Source: Candidatus Spongiisociaceae bacterium
GTDB lineage: Bacteria; Actinomycetota; Acidimicrobiia; Spongiisociales; Spongiisociaceae
Length of the DNA stretch: 64,000 nt
Assembly: GCA_965262915.1 (NCBI GenBank)
Contig: OZ253564.1
Span: 3,360,001 to 3,424,000, forward strand
Direction of reading: 5' to 3'
Part shown: piece by piece, positions 48,105 through 58,297 of the stretch
Layout: the number at the start of each line of letters is the position of its first letter
Position numbering within the stretch: position 1 is the stretch's first letter
Position numbers and translations under genes: made by a program
The notes under the pieces: model-generated
The model's input: the letters and a program-made list of their open reading frames with translations, nothing else
Databases searched by the model: none
Told to the model about the DNA's origin: nothing

Positions 48105-49394
48105 ATGCACCACGAACTCTTGTTCGCTCACTTCAATGACGGCACCGGCACCAGTGCCACGACCGAACTGGCATCCGACGAGTCAGGCAATGGCGCCGCC
48201 GAGAGGATCCGCGCCGCGCTCGAGGAGTTGAACCACGTCCGGATAGGTCCCATGTCCCGGACCGAGGCAAATCACACACTCGGGTTGCTGGGTCAGGCTC
48301 AATCGGTGGTCACTTCATTGATGTGCGACGTAGGCCGCCAAGTCGCCGCGACGGAGCCCGACACCGATGCTGCCGAGGTGCTCCGGCAGGGAGCGCGACT
48401 GCCGAGCCGGGAGTCCAAACGGATGGCGAAGGTGGCCCGGCAGCTGTCGGAAATGCCCAAAGTCCGGGAACGCTTCTCGACCGGTGACATCACCCCGACC
48501 CATGTCAACGCGCTGGCCAACGCCGCCCAGAAAGTCGGACCCCAAGCAGTGGAAGCCGACGACAGCCTGATCGAGGCCGCCGACCAGATGTTGCCCGACA
48601 GCTTCGACCGGCACGTTCGGAAGTGGGCCGACCGCAAACTCATCAAGCAGGGTCTCGATCCGCTCGAGCGGCAGCGCCGAGCCCGCGAAGCCAAGCTATG
48701 GGTGGAGAAGGAAACCGGGCTCGGGGTGCTCATGGCGAAGCTCCCTCGAACCCAGTTCGAACGCCTCCGCCAAGCCATCGACAGCCACTACATGTATCTT
48801 CTGCGCCAGGACGGCGTCGGCGGTCTCGATCCCGATGACGTGCGCACACCTAAGCAGCGTCTCGCCGACGTCATGTACGAACTGGTGACCAGCCGCCACG
48901 CGGTCACCGGCGAGTTCATTACCGAGACCGTTGGGATCAAGGCCAAGGCCTCCACCCAGCTCATCCTCGTTGCACCGGTAGGAGTTGTGGACGGCACGAA
49001 CCCCGACGCGCACGTTGAGATGATCGGGGTCGGTCCCCTACCCCGCCACATCCTGAGATCACTCTCCCCGGACACCGTGTTGGCCGGCATGATCTTCGAC
49101 CGTGCCGGCCGCCCCCTCTGGCTGGGCCGCAACCAGCGCCTCGGCAACGCAGCCCAACGCCTCGCAATAGCCGTACGGGACGGGGGATGCTTCGAATGCG
49201 GCGCCCCGATGCACCGATGCGCGCTACACCACATCCACGAATGGCATCGCGACGGCGGGCGAACGGACATCAACAACTTGATCGCCGTCTGCCGCCGCCA
49301 CCATAGATGGCTCGAAACCAACAACCTCGTGGTCCGGCGGACCGCCAGCGGCTACCAGATGCGGCCCCGAGCCGGACCAAGCCCGCCGGGCTGA
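48105..49394 (+). CDS. DUF222 + HNH endonuclease (13E12-repeat-like)
   Basis: QRLAD, LWLGR and RDGGCFEC..HHIHEW..GGRTDINNLIAVCRRHH. Confidence 0.9.
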   Translation: MHHELLFAHFNDGTGTSATTELASDESGNGAAERIRAALEELNHVRIGPMSRTEANHTLGLLGQAQSVVTSLMCDVGRQVAATEPDTDAAEVLRQGARLPSRESKRMAKVARQLSEMPKVRERFSTGDITPTHVNALANAAQKVGPQAVEADDSLIEAADQMLPDSFDRHVRKWADRKLIKQGLDPLERQRRAREAKLWVEKETGLGVLMAKLPRTQFERLRQAIDSHYMYLLRQDGVGGLDPDDVRTPKQRLADVMYELVTSRHAVTGEFITETVGIKAKASTQLILVAPVGVVDGTNPDAHVEMIGVGPLPRHILRSLSPDTVLAGMIFDRAGRPLWLGRNQRLGNAAQRLAIAVRDGGCFECGAPMHRCALHHIHEWHRDGGRTDINNLIAVCRRHHRWLETNNLVVRRTASGYQMRPRAGPSPPG

Positions 49395-50119
49395 CCTCCT
49401 ACCCCACGCCCAACGCGAAGATCCGACCATCTCACCTCGAACATCCCGGGCTCAACCTGGGCGGATACATGAACGTTTCCCCTATGGATCAGGGGAGCGG
49501 AGGGTTCCAGTCCGCACATATTCCCTCAGCCGAACCGGGGAACGCGCTATCCCCCCGGTCGCCCGGGAGTATTTCTCCAGAGACCCTGTTCGGAGGGAGG
49601 GGATGGCGTCATGGACGACGAACCAATCGACATGCGCTGCGAGGCACCTCCAGGTGGCATCCGGGAGCCGATCCTGGTGAACGAGGCAAACCACCGGACC
49701 ACCTACCCAGGTGGCAACGAGCTGACATTGGAACCGAAGACCTCATCGCGTCTATCTCGACGAGCGTGACCAAGCAGATCTTCTCTTGCTGAGCATTCGG
49801 GCAGCGATGGTTCCGACCCCCTTGAGGCTTGGCGGTCCTATCTCCGAGCAGGCGGGTCACCAAACCAATATCATTTCGGTGATCACCGGCCCAGCAGATT
49901 ACGTCCTCGCTCACAGCGCAGAATCGATGCCCGCTCGAACAACTCCGGCGCAGCGGTACGACTAGCCTGACCGGCGTTGGAGCCCCGGATCGGCGTGACC
50001 TCCTGGTCATCGCTAGTCGAGGGGCCCGGGCCCAAAAACGTCCGCCAGCTTGTGCTAAAAATACGTTCTACCAGGAGAGGCCCTGCTAAGCCGGGGATTG
50101 AGGAGTGAGCGGATCGGCA

Positions 50120-51523
50120 ATGTCTAGCTATGACTATGACTTGGTGGTAATCGGGTCGGGCCCGGCTGGCCAGCGGGCAGCGATCCAGGCCTCGAAGCTG
50201 GGGAAACACGTCGTCGTCGTCGAGAAGGAACCGCACGTCGGCGGTATCAACGTCACCGCAGGGACCGTAAGCAAGACCATGCGCGATGCCGCCCTCTACC
50301 TGACGGGCTACCGGGAACGCAACATCTACGGCGAGGCTTACGCCGTCAAGGACAACATCACGATGGGCGACCTGATGGTGAGGACCCGCTACGTGATGCA
50401 GCAGCAGGCGGACATACTGCGCAGCCATCTCGCCAAGAACCGGGTGGAGGTGATCACGGCCGAGGGGTCGTTCGTCGACCGCCACACTATCAACCTCTCC
50501 TCGCACGACGGGAGGTCCAACCGCACGATCACCACTGACAAGGTGATCATCGCGGTGGGGACCTACTCCGCGACTCCGCCCGTGGTGTACGCGGACGGGA
50601 AGATGATCTTCGTCAGCGACTACGTCCTCAGCCTGAACAACCTGCCTCGTACTTTGAGCATCGTCGGCGCCGGCGCGATCGGCTTGGAGTACTGCAGCAC
50701 CTTCGCCGCGCTGGGTATCCGGGTCACCCTGGTCGACCGGAATGACCGCCTGCTGATTTTCGCGGACGAGGAACTGGCCGATGCGCTCGCTTACCACCTT
50801 CGCCAGAAGGGAGTAACCCTGCGCCTACGCGAGCTGGTCTTCGACATCGAGTACTTCTCAGACCAGCGGGGCCCTCGGGTGCGGGTCAAGCTCGACAGCG
50901 GAAAGCAGATCATCAGCGACGCGGTGATGTATTGCGTGGGGCGAACGGGCTCCACGGACATGCTGAACCTTGCGGCTATCGGTCTGGAGCCCGACGAGAG
51001 GGGCCGGATGAAGGTGGACGAGAACTGCCAGACCAGCGTGGAGGGTGTGTACGCAGCGGGAGGCGTGGTCGGCTTTCCGGACCTCGTATCGACATCTCGG
51101 ATGCAGGGTCGCCTAGCCGCTCGCCATGCCTTCGACGCCCCGCCGGACACGTACCAGAACCTGCTGCCATACACGATCAAGACTATTCCCGAAGTGGCGA
51201 TGGTCGGCAAGACCGAAGCCCAACTCACGGATGAGGCTATCCCTTACGAGATCGGCAAGGCTTTGTATCGTGACACGGAGAGCAGCATGGTCAAGGGTGA
51301 CGACACCGGCTTCCTGAAGCTGCTGTTCCATCTCGAGACGAAGGAGCTACTGGGAGTCCACATAATCGGGGACGAGGCCGCCGAGTTGATCCACATCGGT
51401 CAGGCTGTCATCGCCCACGGTGGAACGATCGACTACTTCGTCGAGGCCGTGATCGGCTACCCCACCCTGGCGGAGTGCTACACCACCGCGGCCCTTGATG
51501 GCATGACCCGTCTAGGACTCTGA
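50120..51523 (+). CDS. sthA: Soluble pyridine nucleotide transhydrogenase
   Basis: YDLVVIGSGPAGQRAAIQASKLG, GAGAIGLEY, YTIKTIPE, ELIHIGQ and YPTLAE; no CxxxxC disulfide. Confidence 0.85.
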   Translation: MSSYDYDLVVIGSGPAGQRAAIQASKLGKHVVVVEKEPHVGGINVTAGTVSKTMRDAALYLTGYRERNIYGEAYAVKDNITMGDLMVRTRYVMQQQADILRSHLAKNRVEVITAEGSFVDRHTINLSSHDGRSNRTITTDKVIIAVGTYSATPPVVYADGKMIFVSDYVLSLNNLPRTLSIVGAGAIGLEYCSTFAALGIRVTLVDRNDRLLIFADEELADALAYHLRQKGVTLRLRELVFDIEYFSDQRGPRVRVKLDSGKQIISDAVMYCVGRTGSTDMLNLAAIGLEPDERGRMKVDENCQTSVEGVYAAGGVVGFPDLVSTSRMQGRLAARHAFDAPPDTYQNLLPYTIKTIPEVAMVGKTEAQLTDEAIPYEIGKALYRDTESSMVKGDDTGFLKLLFHLETKELLGVHIIGDEAAELIHIGQAVIAHGGTIDYFVEAVIGYPTLAECYTTAALDGMTRLGL

Positions 51524-51601
51524 ACACCGTCCGACATCCAACGATCGATCCGGCCCACCTCCGGTCACGGTAGGACCCACACGACAAGCAGATCGTGTCG
51601 G

Positions 51602-52405
51602 TCAGTTCTTCTTGGCTACTCGCGTGTAGCGACGGACTGACAGCGGGGCGAAGATGGCGATGATGATCCCAGCCCAGATGATCGTGTAGAGGATCGGGTG
51701 CTGGAGTGGCCAAGCGGTGGGATCGGGGGTTCCCGGCGGGAGGTTGCCGAACAGGGTCCGAGTCGCGTGGGCGAGGGAAGACACCGGATTCCACTCTGCG
51801 AACGCTCTGAGCACGGTAGGGAGGTTCTCCGCGGGCACGAACGTGTTGGCGATGAAGGTGATCGGGAAGATCACAATGAAGGAGGCGTTATTGAGCACCT
51901 CCACGCTGGGCACCATCAGCCCGACCAGGGCCATCATCCACGAGATGGCGTAGGAGAACAACAAGAGCAGACCGAACCCGAGCAGGGTTTCGAAGATGCT
52001 TCCGTGGACCCGCCACCCCACTACCAGACCGGTCAACGCCATGATCAGCAGCGATAGGACGTTGTAGACCACGTCGCTGGCGGTGCGTCCCATCACCACC
52101 GCAGCCCGGGACATCGGCAGCGAACGGAAGCGATCGATGATCCCCTTCTGCATGTCATCAGCCAGGCCGGCACCGGTGAACGTGGCCCCGAACACCACGG
52201 TCTGGGCGAAGATCCCGGCCATGAGGAATTCCCGGTAGGAACCTCCAGGTATGTTGATGGCGCTGCCGAACACGTAGGCGAACAGCAGCACGAACATGAT
52301 CGGTGAGATCAGGACGAACACCAGCACGTCCGGCACCCGCTTGATCTTGATGAGGTTCCGGCGGGCGATCACCAGGCCGTCGTTGATGGCATACAAGGCG
52401 TTCAC
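51602..52405 (-). CDS. ABC-2 exporter permease (DrrB-like)
   Basis: GIIDRFRSLPMSR and FAEWNPVS; about 6 TM helices. Confidence 0.9.
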   Translation of the reverse strand: MNALYAINDGLVIARRNLIKIKRVPDVLVFVLISPIMFVLLFAYVFGSAINIPGGSYREFLMAGIFAQTVVFGATFTGAGLADDMQKGIIDRFRSLPMSRAAVVMGRTASDVVYNVLSLLIMALTGLVVGWRVHGSIFETLLGFGLLLLFSYAISWMMALVGLMVPSVEVLNNASFIVIFPITFIANTFVPAENLPTVLRAFAEWNPVSSLAHATRTLFGNLPPGTPDPTAWPLQHPILYTIIWAGIIIAIFAPLSVRRYTRVAKKN

Positions 52406-53397
52406 GCCGCCCCCCTTCTCTTCGAGGCAACCGGCTGCTTGGTCTCGCCGTCTTCGGGCTCGGCAGCTTGGCCGGTGAGGGCCAGGAAAACATCGTCCAG
52501 GGTCGGACGGCGGAGAACCACATCGGTCAGTTCGATACCTTCCGCGTCGAGATCCGCAAGGACCCGGGCCAGCACCGACGCACCACCGGACACCGGGGCT
52601 ACTACCACCCTGGACCGCTCGTCGCCCTGTAGTTCACCCACCGCTACCCGGCCCAGCACATCGCGGACGTCGGAGAGTGCTTCGCGGACGGCCACCCTGA
52701 CCTCGATACGCTCGCCACCGACCAGGTCCTTCAACTCATCTGAGGTTCCTTGGGCGATGGCCCGACCGTGATCGATGACCAGAACGTCGTCAGCCAGCCG
52801 ATCCGCCTCCTCCAGGTACTGGGTCGTAAGCAGCAGGGTCGCGCCCCGCTCCACGAGGTCACGGATGAGGCTCCACAGTTCCCTCCGGCTGGGCAGGTCC
52901 AACCCGGTCGTCGGTTCGTCGAGGAATAGCACCGGGGATTCGGCGACTAGCGCCCCCGCCACGTCCAGCCGGCGGCGCATGCCGCCCGAGTAGGTCTTGA
53001 CGGGCCGGTCGCCGGCGTCGGTCAGGTCGAAGCGTTCGAGTAGTGCTCGGGCTCTGGCCTTGGCGTTCTTGCGACCCAACCGGTAGAGGCGGCCGATCAT
53101 GTCCAGGTTCTCGAAGCCGGTCAGGTGCTCGTCGACCGCTGCGTACTGGCCTGACAGGCCTATCAGCTTGCGGACCTCCGCCGGGTCGCGCAGCACGTCC
53201 ACTCCGGCCACCGTTGCGGACCCCTCGTCGGGTTCGATGAGCGTGGTGAGAATCGAGACTGCAGTGGTCTTGCCCGCCCCGTTGGGACCGAGCAAGGCCA
53301 CGATGGTCCCCTCGCGAACCGACAGGTCCAACCCGTCCAGAGCAACCACATCGCCGTATCGCTTGACGAGGCCCGTCGCCTCAATGATGTTTTCCAT
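52402..53397 (-). CDS. ABC exporter ATPase (DrrA-like)
   Basis: GPNGAGKT, YSGGMRRRLD, LLTTQYLEEAD and PTLDDVFL. Confidence 0.92.
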   Translation of the reverse strand: MENIIEATGLVKRYGDVVALDGLDLSVREGTIVALLGPNGAGKTTAVSILTTLIEPDEGSATVAGVDVLRDPAEVRKLIGLSGQYAAVDEHLTGFENLDMIGRLYRLGRKNAKARARALLERFDLTDAGDRPVKTYSGGMRRRLDVAGALVAESPVLFLDEPTTGLDLPSRRELWSLIRDLVERGATLLLTTQYLEEADRLADDVLVIDHGRAIAQGTSDELKDLVGGERIEVRVAVREALSDVRDVLGRVAVGELQGDERSRVVVAPVSGGASVLARVLADLDAEGIELTDVVLRRPTLDDVFLALTGQAAEPEDGETKQPVASKRRGAA

Positions 53398-53598
53398 GGT
53401 CAACCAACCCCACCGGCTATACGCGCGGCTTATCCTCCGTAGCTTCCACTGTGGCCCTGGACATAGAACCCGGGCACCCTGATGACCCAACCGACCCGTC
53501 GATGATAACTGCCGGCCGGCTCTAGTCCATCTCGGCGTGAGTCGGAAGGCCTTCCTCTCCAGGGAAAGGGCGCGACCGGGGCTGCCTGCCACTGTTTA

Positions 53599-53612
53599 TT
53601 AGGCTGTCCGAA
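53599..53612. promoter_or_regulatory. Possible DtxR/IdeR-type operator upstream of the iron ABC ATPase
   Basis: TTAGGCTGTCCGAA resembles the palindrome at 55447 and the DtxR core. Confidence 0.5.
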
Positions 53613-53691
53613 CGTGATCGTTTAGGGTGGTATAACTGGTGGAGGATAGCCACGGCGAAGCCCAAGAGACGGGACCCCTTCGGAGCTAGGG

Positions 53692-54726
53692 ATGCCATAC
53701 CTGCAGGCAGACGACATCACCAAACGCTTCAACGGTACTACCGCGCTCGCCGGTGTGGACCTCACTGTCGAGCAAGGTGAGTCCCTGGCCTTGTTGGGGC
53801 CGAGTGGTTGCGGTAAGACGACATTGCTGCGGATCCTGGCCGGTCTAGAGGTTCCGGACCGCGGCAGCGTCACGATCGAGGGCACCACCCTCACCCATCC
53901 GGCGAGGTTCGTGCCGCCCGAAAAGAGGCGAATTGGGATGGTCTTTCAGGATTGGGCCCTGTTCCCCCACCTGACGGTGGCCAAGAACGTCGCCTTCGGG
54001 TTGGACAAGGCGGAGATCAAGCACGGCCGGGTCTCCGAGACGCTCGATTTGGTCGGCCTGTCTCATCTGGCGGACCGTTACCCCGACGAATTGTCCGGAG
54101 GGCAGGCGCAGCGTGTGGCTGTGGCCAGGGCTCTGGCCCCCCGCCCGCGCGTGCTCCTCTTCGACGAGCCCTTCTCGAACCTGGACACCGGTCTGCGGAC
54201 CCGGGTCCGGGCCGATGTGTCGTCCCTGATGCGCGAGGTGGGAATGACCTCGATCTTCGTAACCCATGATCAGGAGGAGTCCTTCGTGGTCGCCGACCGG
54301 GTGGCGGTCATGAGCGAGGGCAGGATCGTGCAGGTCGGTCGGCCCTCCGAGGTCTACCAGTATCCGGTGTCACCATGGGTGGCGAGCTTCCTTGGAGAAG
54401 CCAACATGCTGAACGGCGTAGCGACCAACGGCCACGCCTCCACTCCGGTTGGAGTTGTGCCCCTCGCCGATCCCGTGCAGGGACCGTGTCAGGTGGTGAT
54501 ACGTCCCGAGCACCTGACTGTGGCCCGCGGTGACCAAGGCATTGTCTCGTCAGTCGAGTTCTACGGGCACGACACGTCCTACGAGTTGGCCGTCAACGGT
54601 ACGACCCTGTTGGCTCGAGTGATCGCGGCCCCGCACCTTGCACCAGGTGACCACGTGGACGTGGCCTACTCAGGACCTCCCGCCGTGGCCTTTGGCGAAA
54701 CCGCCGATGTCCTTACTCCTCGGTAG
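53692..54726 (+). CDS. Fe(III) ABC transporter ATPase (FbpC-like)
   Basis: GPSGCGKT, VPPEKRRIGMVFQDWALFPH, LSGGQ and a TOBE domain. Confidence 0.9.
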   Translation: MPYLQADDITKRFNGTTALAGVDLTVEQGESLALLGPSGCGKTTLLRILAGLEVPDRGSVTIEGTTLTHPARFVPPEKRRIGMVFQDWALFPHLTVAKNVAFGLDKAEIKHGRVSETLDLVGLSHLADRYPDELSGGQAQRVAVARALAPRPRVLLFDEPFSNLDTGLRTRVRADVSSLMREVGMTSIFVTHDQEESFVVADRVAVMSEGRIVQVGRPSEVYQYPVSPWVASFLGEANMLNGVATNGHASTPVGVVPLADPVQGPCQVVIRPEHLTVARGDQGIVSSVEFYGHDTSYELAVNGTTLLARVIAAPHLAPGDHVDVAYSGPPAVAFGETADVLTPR

Positions 54727-55213
54727 GACGGGACGCGAGTTCGTGTTCGATCAACGCCAATCCGACTTCGTTGCCTTCCACACGGCGCAGCCGCTGACAG
54801 ATACTCCCGACCACGGACTCCTCCTCCACCTGCTCGGCTAGGAAGCCCTGAAGGAAAGGCAGGCTTTCCAGGTCATCGATGTCGGTAGCCAGCTGATACA
54901 GAGTTCGGATACTGTCGGTGATACTGCGCTCATGACGCAGGGCCTCTTCGAAGACATGCACCGGACTGTCGAACTTGCTCACCGGCGCCGGAATCTCGCC
55001 GATCTCGACCCGACCGTCCCGCGCCAGGACGAAGTCGATGAACATCTTGGCATGGGCAGCCTCTTCCTGGGACTGGCTGCTCATCCATGTAGCCATGCCG
55101 GGACGATCATCCCCTTCCAGGTAGGCCGCCATCTGTAGATATGTGAGCGACGCCCCCAACTCACCGGTGATCTGGTCGTTGAGTGCGCTTTCCATCTGCT
55201 CGCTCAGGGCCAT
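54713..55213 (-). CDS. ftnA: Non-heme ferritin
   Basis: LNDQITGE, YLQMA, EEAAHA, HE and EQVEEE ferroxidase residues. Confidence 0.9.
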   Translation of the reverse strand: MALSEQMESALNDQITGELGASLTYLQMAAYLEGDDRPGMATWMSSQSQEEAAHAKMFIDFVLARDGRVEIGEIPAPVSKFDSPVHVFEEALRHERSITDSIRTLYQLATDIDDLESLPFLQGFLAEQVEEESVVGSICQRLRRVEGNEVGLALIEHELASRPTEE

Positions 55214-55446
55214 TGATGTGTGCTCCTGTTCGGATCTATGACATCAATGCGATTCTACCGGCCGGGCAGGTGTAGCGAACCTATACATGTGCCTACCAGC
55301 GCGAATACCAGAGCCAAGAGGTTCGGCGACGCATGTCCGGAGCCCCAGCCGGGGCGTTCAATCTGTGACCCCACCGATCTGGACTCTGCGACGAGATCCA
55401 GCAGGCATCCTCCACGCCACTGCGCTTTCTGGCCGCTTCGAGAGAG

Positions 55447-55460
55447 TTAGGGTACCCTAA
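55447..55460. promoter_or_regulatory. DtxR/IdeR-like operator between ferritin and the iron SBP gene
   Basis: Perfect palindrome TTAGGGTACCCTAA; 55442-55460 matches 13/19 of TTAGGTTAGGCTAACCTAA. Confidence 0.65.
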
Positions 55461-55583
55461 TAATATGTACATGGGTGTGGTGACATCTTCCATATTGGTT
55501 GCCTACCCTGCCTATTGAGAGGCAGGTGAGCCATACCGCCACCGAGGACTGACAGAAGCACAAAGGCATAGAGGGGACCCGAC

Positions 55584-56585
55584 GTGAAGCGAGCAGCGAT
55601 CGTGGCCATGGCGATGGTGCTCGGCCTGGGGGGAGCATCGTGCACCGGTGAGGAACCGGCGATAACGGTGTATTCGGGCCGTACGGAGAACCTGATCGGG
55701 CCGATCCTCGAGAACTTCACCCAGGCCACGGGAATCCCCGTCGAGGTTCGCTACGGGCAGTCGGCCGACCTGGCGTTGCTCATCGACCAGGAAGGAGACC
55801 GCAGCCCGGCGGACGTGTTCATCTCCCAAAGCCCGGGGGCCATGGGGTTCCTGGCGGGCGCGGGAAGGCTCCGGCCCATCGGCGAGGAGGTCCTCTCCCT
55901 GGTCCCGAAAGGCTTCCGCAATGCCGGCGGGCTCTGGGTAGGGATGTCGGGTCGCGTGCGGGTGATCGTCTACAATCGCAATCTGGTCGACCCGTCCGAG
56001 CTTCCACAATCGGTGTTCGCATTGACCGAGGAGCGGTTCCGGGACCGGGTGGCTGTTGCGCCGGCCAACGGCTCGTTCCAGGACTTCGTCACCGCGATGA
56101 GAGAAACCCACGGTGACGAGGTCACCCTTGCCTGGCTGGAGGGGCTGGTGGCCAACGACGCCCGCGCCTACGCCAACAACACGTCGATAGTCCAGGCAGT
56201 GGGCCGCGGTGACGTACCGATGGGCCTGGTCAACCACTACTACAACCAACGCGCCAAGGCGGAGGATCCGGACGTGGCTTCGGAGAACTACTTCTTCCCG
56301 GACCGCAACATCGGCTCGTTGATGATCGTCACGGTGATCGGCGTGCTCTCCACCAGTGACGTCCCCAATATGGCCGATCAACTGGTGGAGTTCATGCTCA
56401 GCGAGCCGGCACAGCGCTTCTACAGCGAAAAGACCTTCGAGTACCCACTTGCCGCCGACGTTGAACCTTCGGGACTGCCCCCTCTCGCCGGCATAGGCGT
56501 AGCCACCTACGATTTCGATCGGCTCGGAGGCGGGCTGGAGCGGACCAAGGAACTGATCGATGAAAGCGGGCTTGAGGACTCCTGA
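55584..56585 (+). CDS. Fe(III) ABC substrate-binding lipoprotein (FbpA/FutA-like)
   Basis: Lipobox, VYSGR, EGDRSPADVF, LVNHYY (iron-binding Tyr pair) and FEYP. Confidence 0.92.
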   Translation: MKRAAIVAMAMVLGLGGASCTGEEPAITVYSGRTENLIGPILENFTQATGIPVEVRYGQSADLALLIDQEGDRSPADVFISQSPGAMGFLAGAGRLRPIGEEVLSLVPKGFRNAGGLWVGMSGRVRVIVYNRNLVDPSELPQSVFALTEERFRDRVAVAPANGSFQDFVTAMRETHGDEVTLAWLEGLVANDARAYANNTSIVQAVGRGDVPMGLVNHYYNQRAKAEDPDVASENYFFPDRNIGSLMIVTVIGVLSTSDVPNMADQLVEFMLSEPAQRFYSEKTFEYPLAADVEPSGLPPLAGIGVATYDFDRLGGGLERTKELIDESGLEDS

Positions 56586-58167
56586 CGTCGCGGGTGTCAC
56601 CACCACCTGGCGTCAAGGACAGCATCGCGGCCTGCTGGTCACCGCAGCGGCGCTTGGCCTCCTCTTCCTCTTGCCGATCGGTTACCTGGCCTGGGGAACC
56701 CTGAGCCTCGGAGGGGACTTCTGGGCGACCCTCACGAGCCCGAGGACGCTGCGTCCCCTACGTAACTCGCTGCTGATCGCGGCCGCCACCGCTGCGTCCT
56801 GCATGGTCCTCGGCACCACCCTTGCTTGGCTCGTCGCCCGGACCGACCTCGCCGGGAAACGCCTCTGGCGGGTGGTTCTGCCCTTGCCGCTGGTCATCCC
56901 TTCCTTCGTTGGGGCCACGGCTCTACTCTCGGCGTTCGGCCGGGGTGGACTGGTGCCCTTCCTTCCCCGGATCGAGGGTTTTTGGGGCGCCTTCATCGTC
57001 ATGACCCTGCTCAGCTATCCCTACGTCTACCTCCCGGTTCTCGCCCGGCTCTCGACCACCGTCCCGACCCTGGAGGAGACAGCCCGGCTGCTCGGGACCC
57101 GCCCCGGGCGTACCCTGACCAGGGTGGTCTTACCGCAGATACGCGACACCGTCGCCGCCGGAACGATGCTGGTGTTCCTCTACGGCCTGAGCGATTTCGG
57201 CGCCGTCGCGGTGATGCGCTACGACACCATCACCCGCGCCATATTCTCTTCTCGCCTCTTCGACCGGGTCACGTCCCTCACCCTCGGCCTGGTCCTTGCC
57301 GTGCTAGCCCTCAGCGTGGTCGTGGTCGAGCGGACCGCCATACCGGACCGCCGACCGGGAAAGGGCATCGGGAAACAGCAGGTGCAGTACCCGCTACGGC
57401 GAGGCTCGGTCCCCGGTGTGGCATTGGCGGCCGGGGTAGTGAGCCTGGCCTTGGTGGCCCCCTTGGGAGTCTTCCTCGTCTGGGTGATCCGGGGCTCCTC
57501 AACTGTCGGCGTCGGCTATTCGGGTATCGGGGACGACCTTGCCTTCCTAGTCCGCCCCTCGCTCAACTCGGCTATCGCGTCGATCGCAACCGGTGTGTGC
57601 GCCGTTGCCATCACCCTTCCGGTGGCCTACGCGGCGGCCAGATACCGGAACCGGGTATCCGTCGCAGCCGCTGCTTCGGTGACCTCCGTCTTCGCCCTAC
57701 CCGGATTGGTCGTGGCCTTGGCAGTGGTGTTCTGGGCAATCCGGGCGCCCGGTCCGTTGGCGGCTGTCTACCAGACCTTTCCTCTGCTGGTACTGGCCTA
57801 CGTGCTCCACTTCGGTGCCCAGTCGATGAGAGCGTCCCAGGCGGCCATCGTCGACGTACCCAAGCGCTACGACGACGCCGCCCGCACGCTGGGAGTACCC
57901 GCCCGTCGTAGGTTCATCGCCATCGAACTTCCGCTGGTGATGCCGGGCCTGATCACCGGAGGAGGTCTGGTGCTCATGTCCACGCTCAAGGAACTACCGG
58001 CCACACTGCTGCTCGCTCCGATCGGATTCGAGACACTGGCCACCAGGATATGGAACGCAGCCGAGGACGGGTTCTTCGCCGAGGTCGGAATCGCCTCGCT
58101 GGTACTCATCCTCCTCTCGGGGGTCCTCACCTGGGTCCTGATACTCCGTCGCGAGCTGAAGGTGTGA
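56560..58167 (+). CDS. Fe(III) ABC permease (FbpB-like)
   Basis: Duplicated permease halves; YPYVYL, LSDFG, LKELPATL and ETLA. Confidence 0.92.
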   Translation: MKAGLRTPDVAGVTTTWRQGQHRGLLVTAAALGLLFLLPIGYLAWGTLSLGGDFWATLTSPRTLRPLRNSLLIAAATAASCMVLGTTLAWLVARTDLAGKRLWRVVLPLPLVIPSFVGATALLSAFGRGGLVPFLPRIEGFWGAFIVMTLLSYPYVYLPVLARLSTTVPTLEETARLLGTRPGRTLTRVVLPQIRDTVAAGTMLVFLYGLSDFGAVAVMRYDTITRAIFSSRLFDRVTSLTLGLVLAVLALSVVVVERTAIPDRRPGKGIGKQQVQYPLRRGSVPGVALAAGVVSLALVAPLGVFLVWVIRGSSTVGVGYSGIGDDLAFLVRPSLNSAIASIATGVCAVAITLPVAYAAARYRNRVSVAAAASVTSVFALPGLVVALAVVFWAIRAPGPLAAVYQTFPLLVLAYVLHFGAQSMRASQAAIVDVPKRYDDAARTLGVPARRRFIAIELPLVMPGLITGGGLVLMSTLKELPATLLLAPIGFETLATRIWNAAEDGFFAEVGIASLVLILLSGVLTWVLILRRELKV

Positions 58168-58297
58168 CGATCGGGCTTCGGTAGAGAGCCGTCCTGGTGG
58201 GGTTTCTACGCCGGTCTCGGCATCACTCCGGCAGAGGTAGGCAAACTCTGATGGCGCCTTACCGCGCAAGATGGGTGAGGGGGGTACCGGCTCTCTT

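Noticed and set aside
49611-49769. Short ORF after a G-rich SD-like tract downstream of the HNH gene
   Set aside because: No recognisable motif or paralog; cannot be distinguished from chance.
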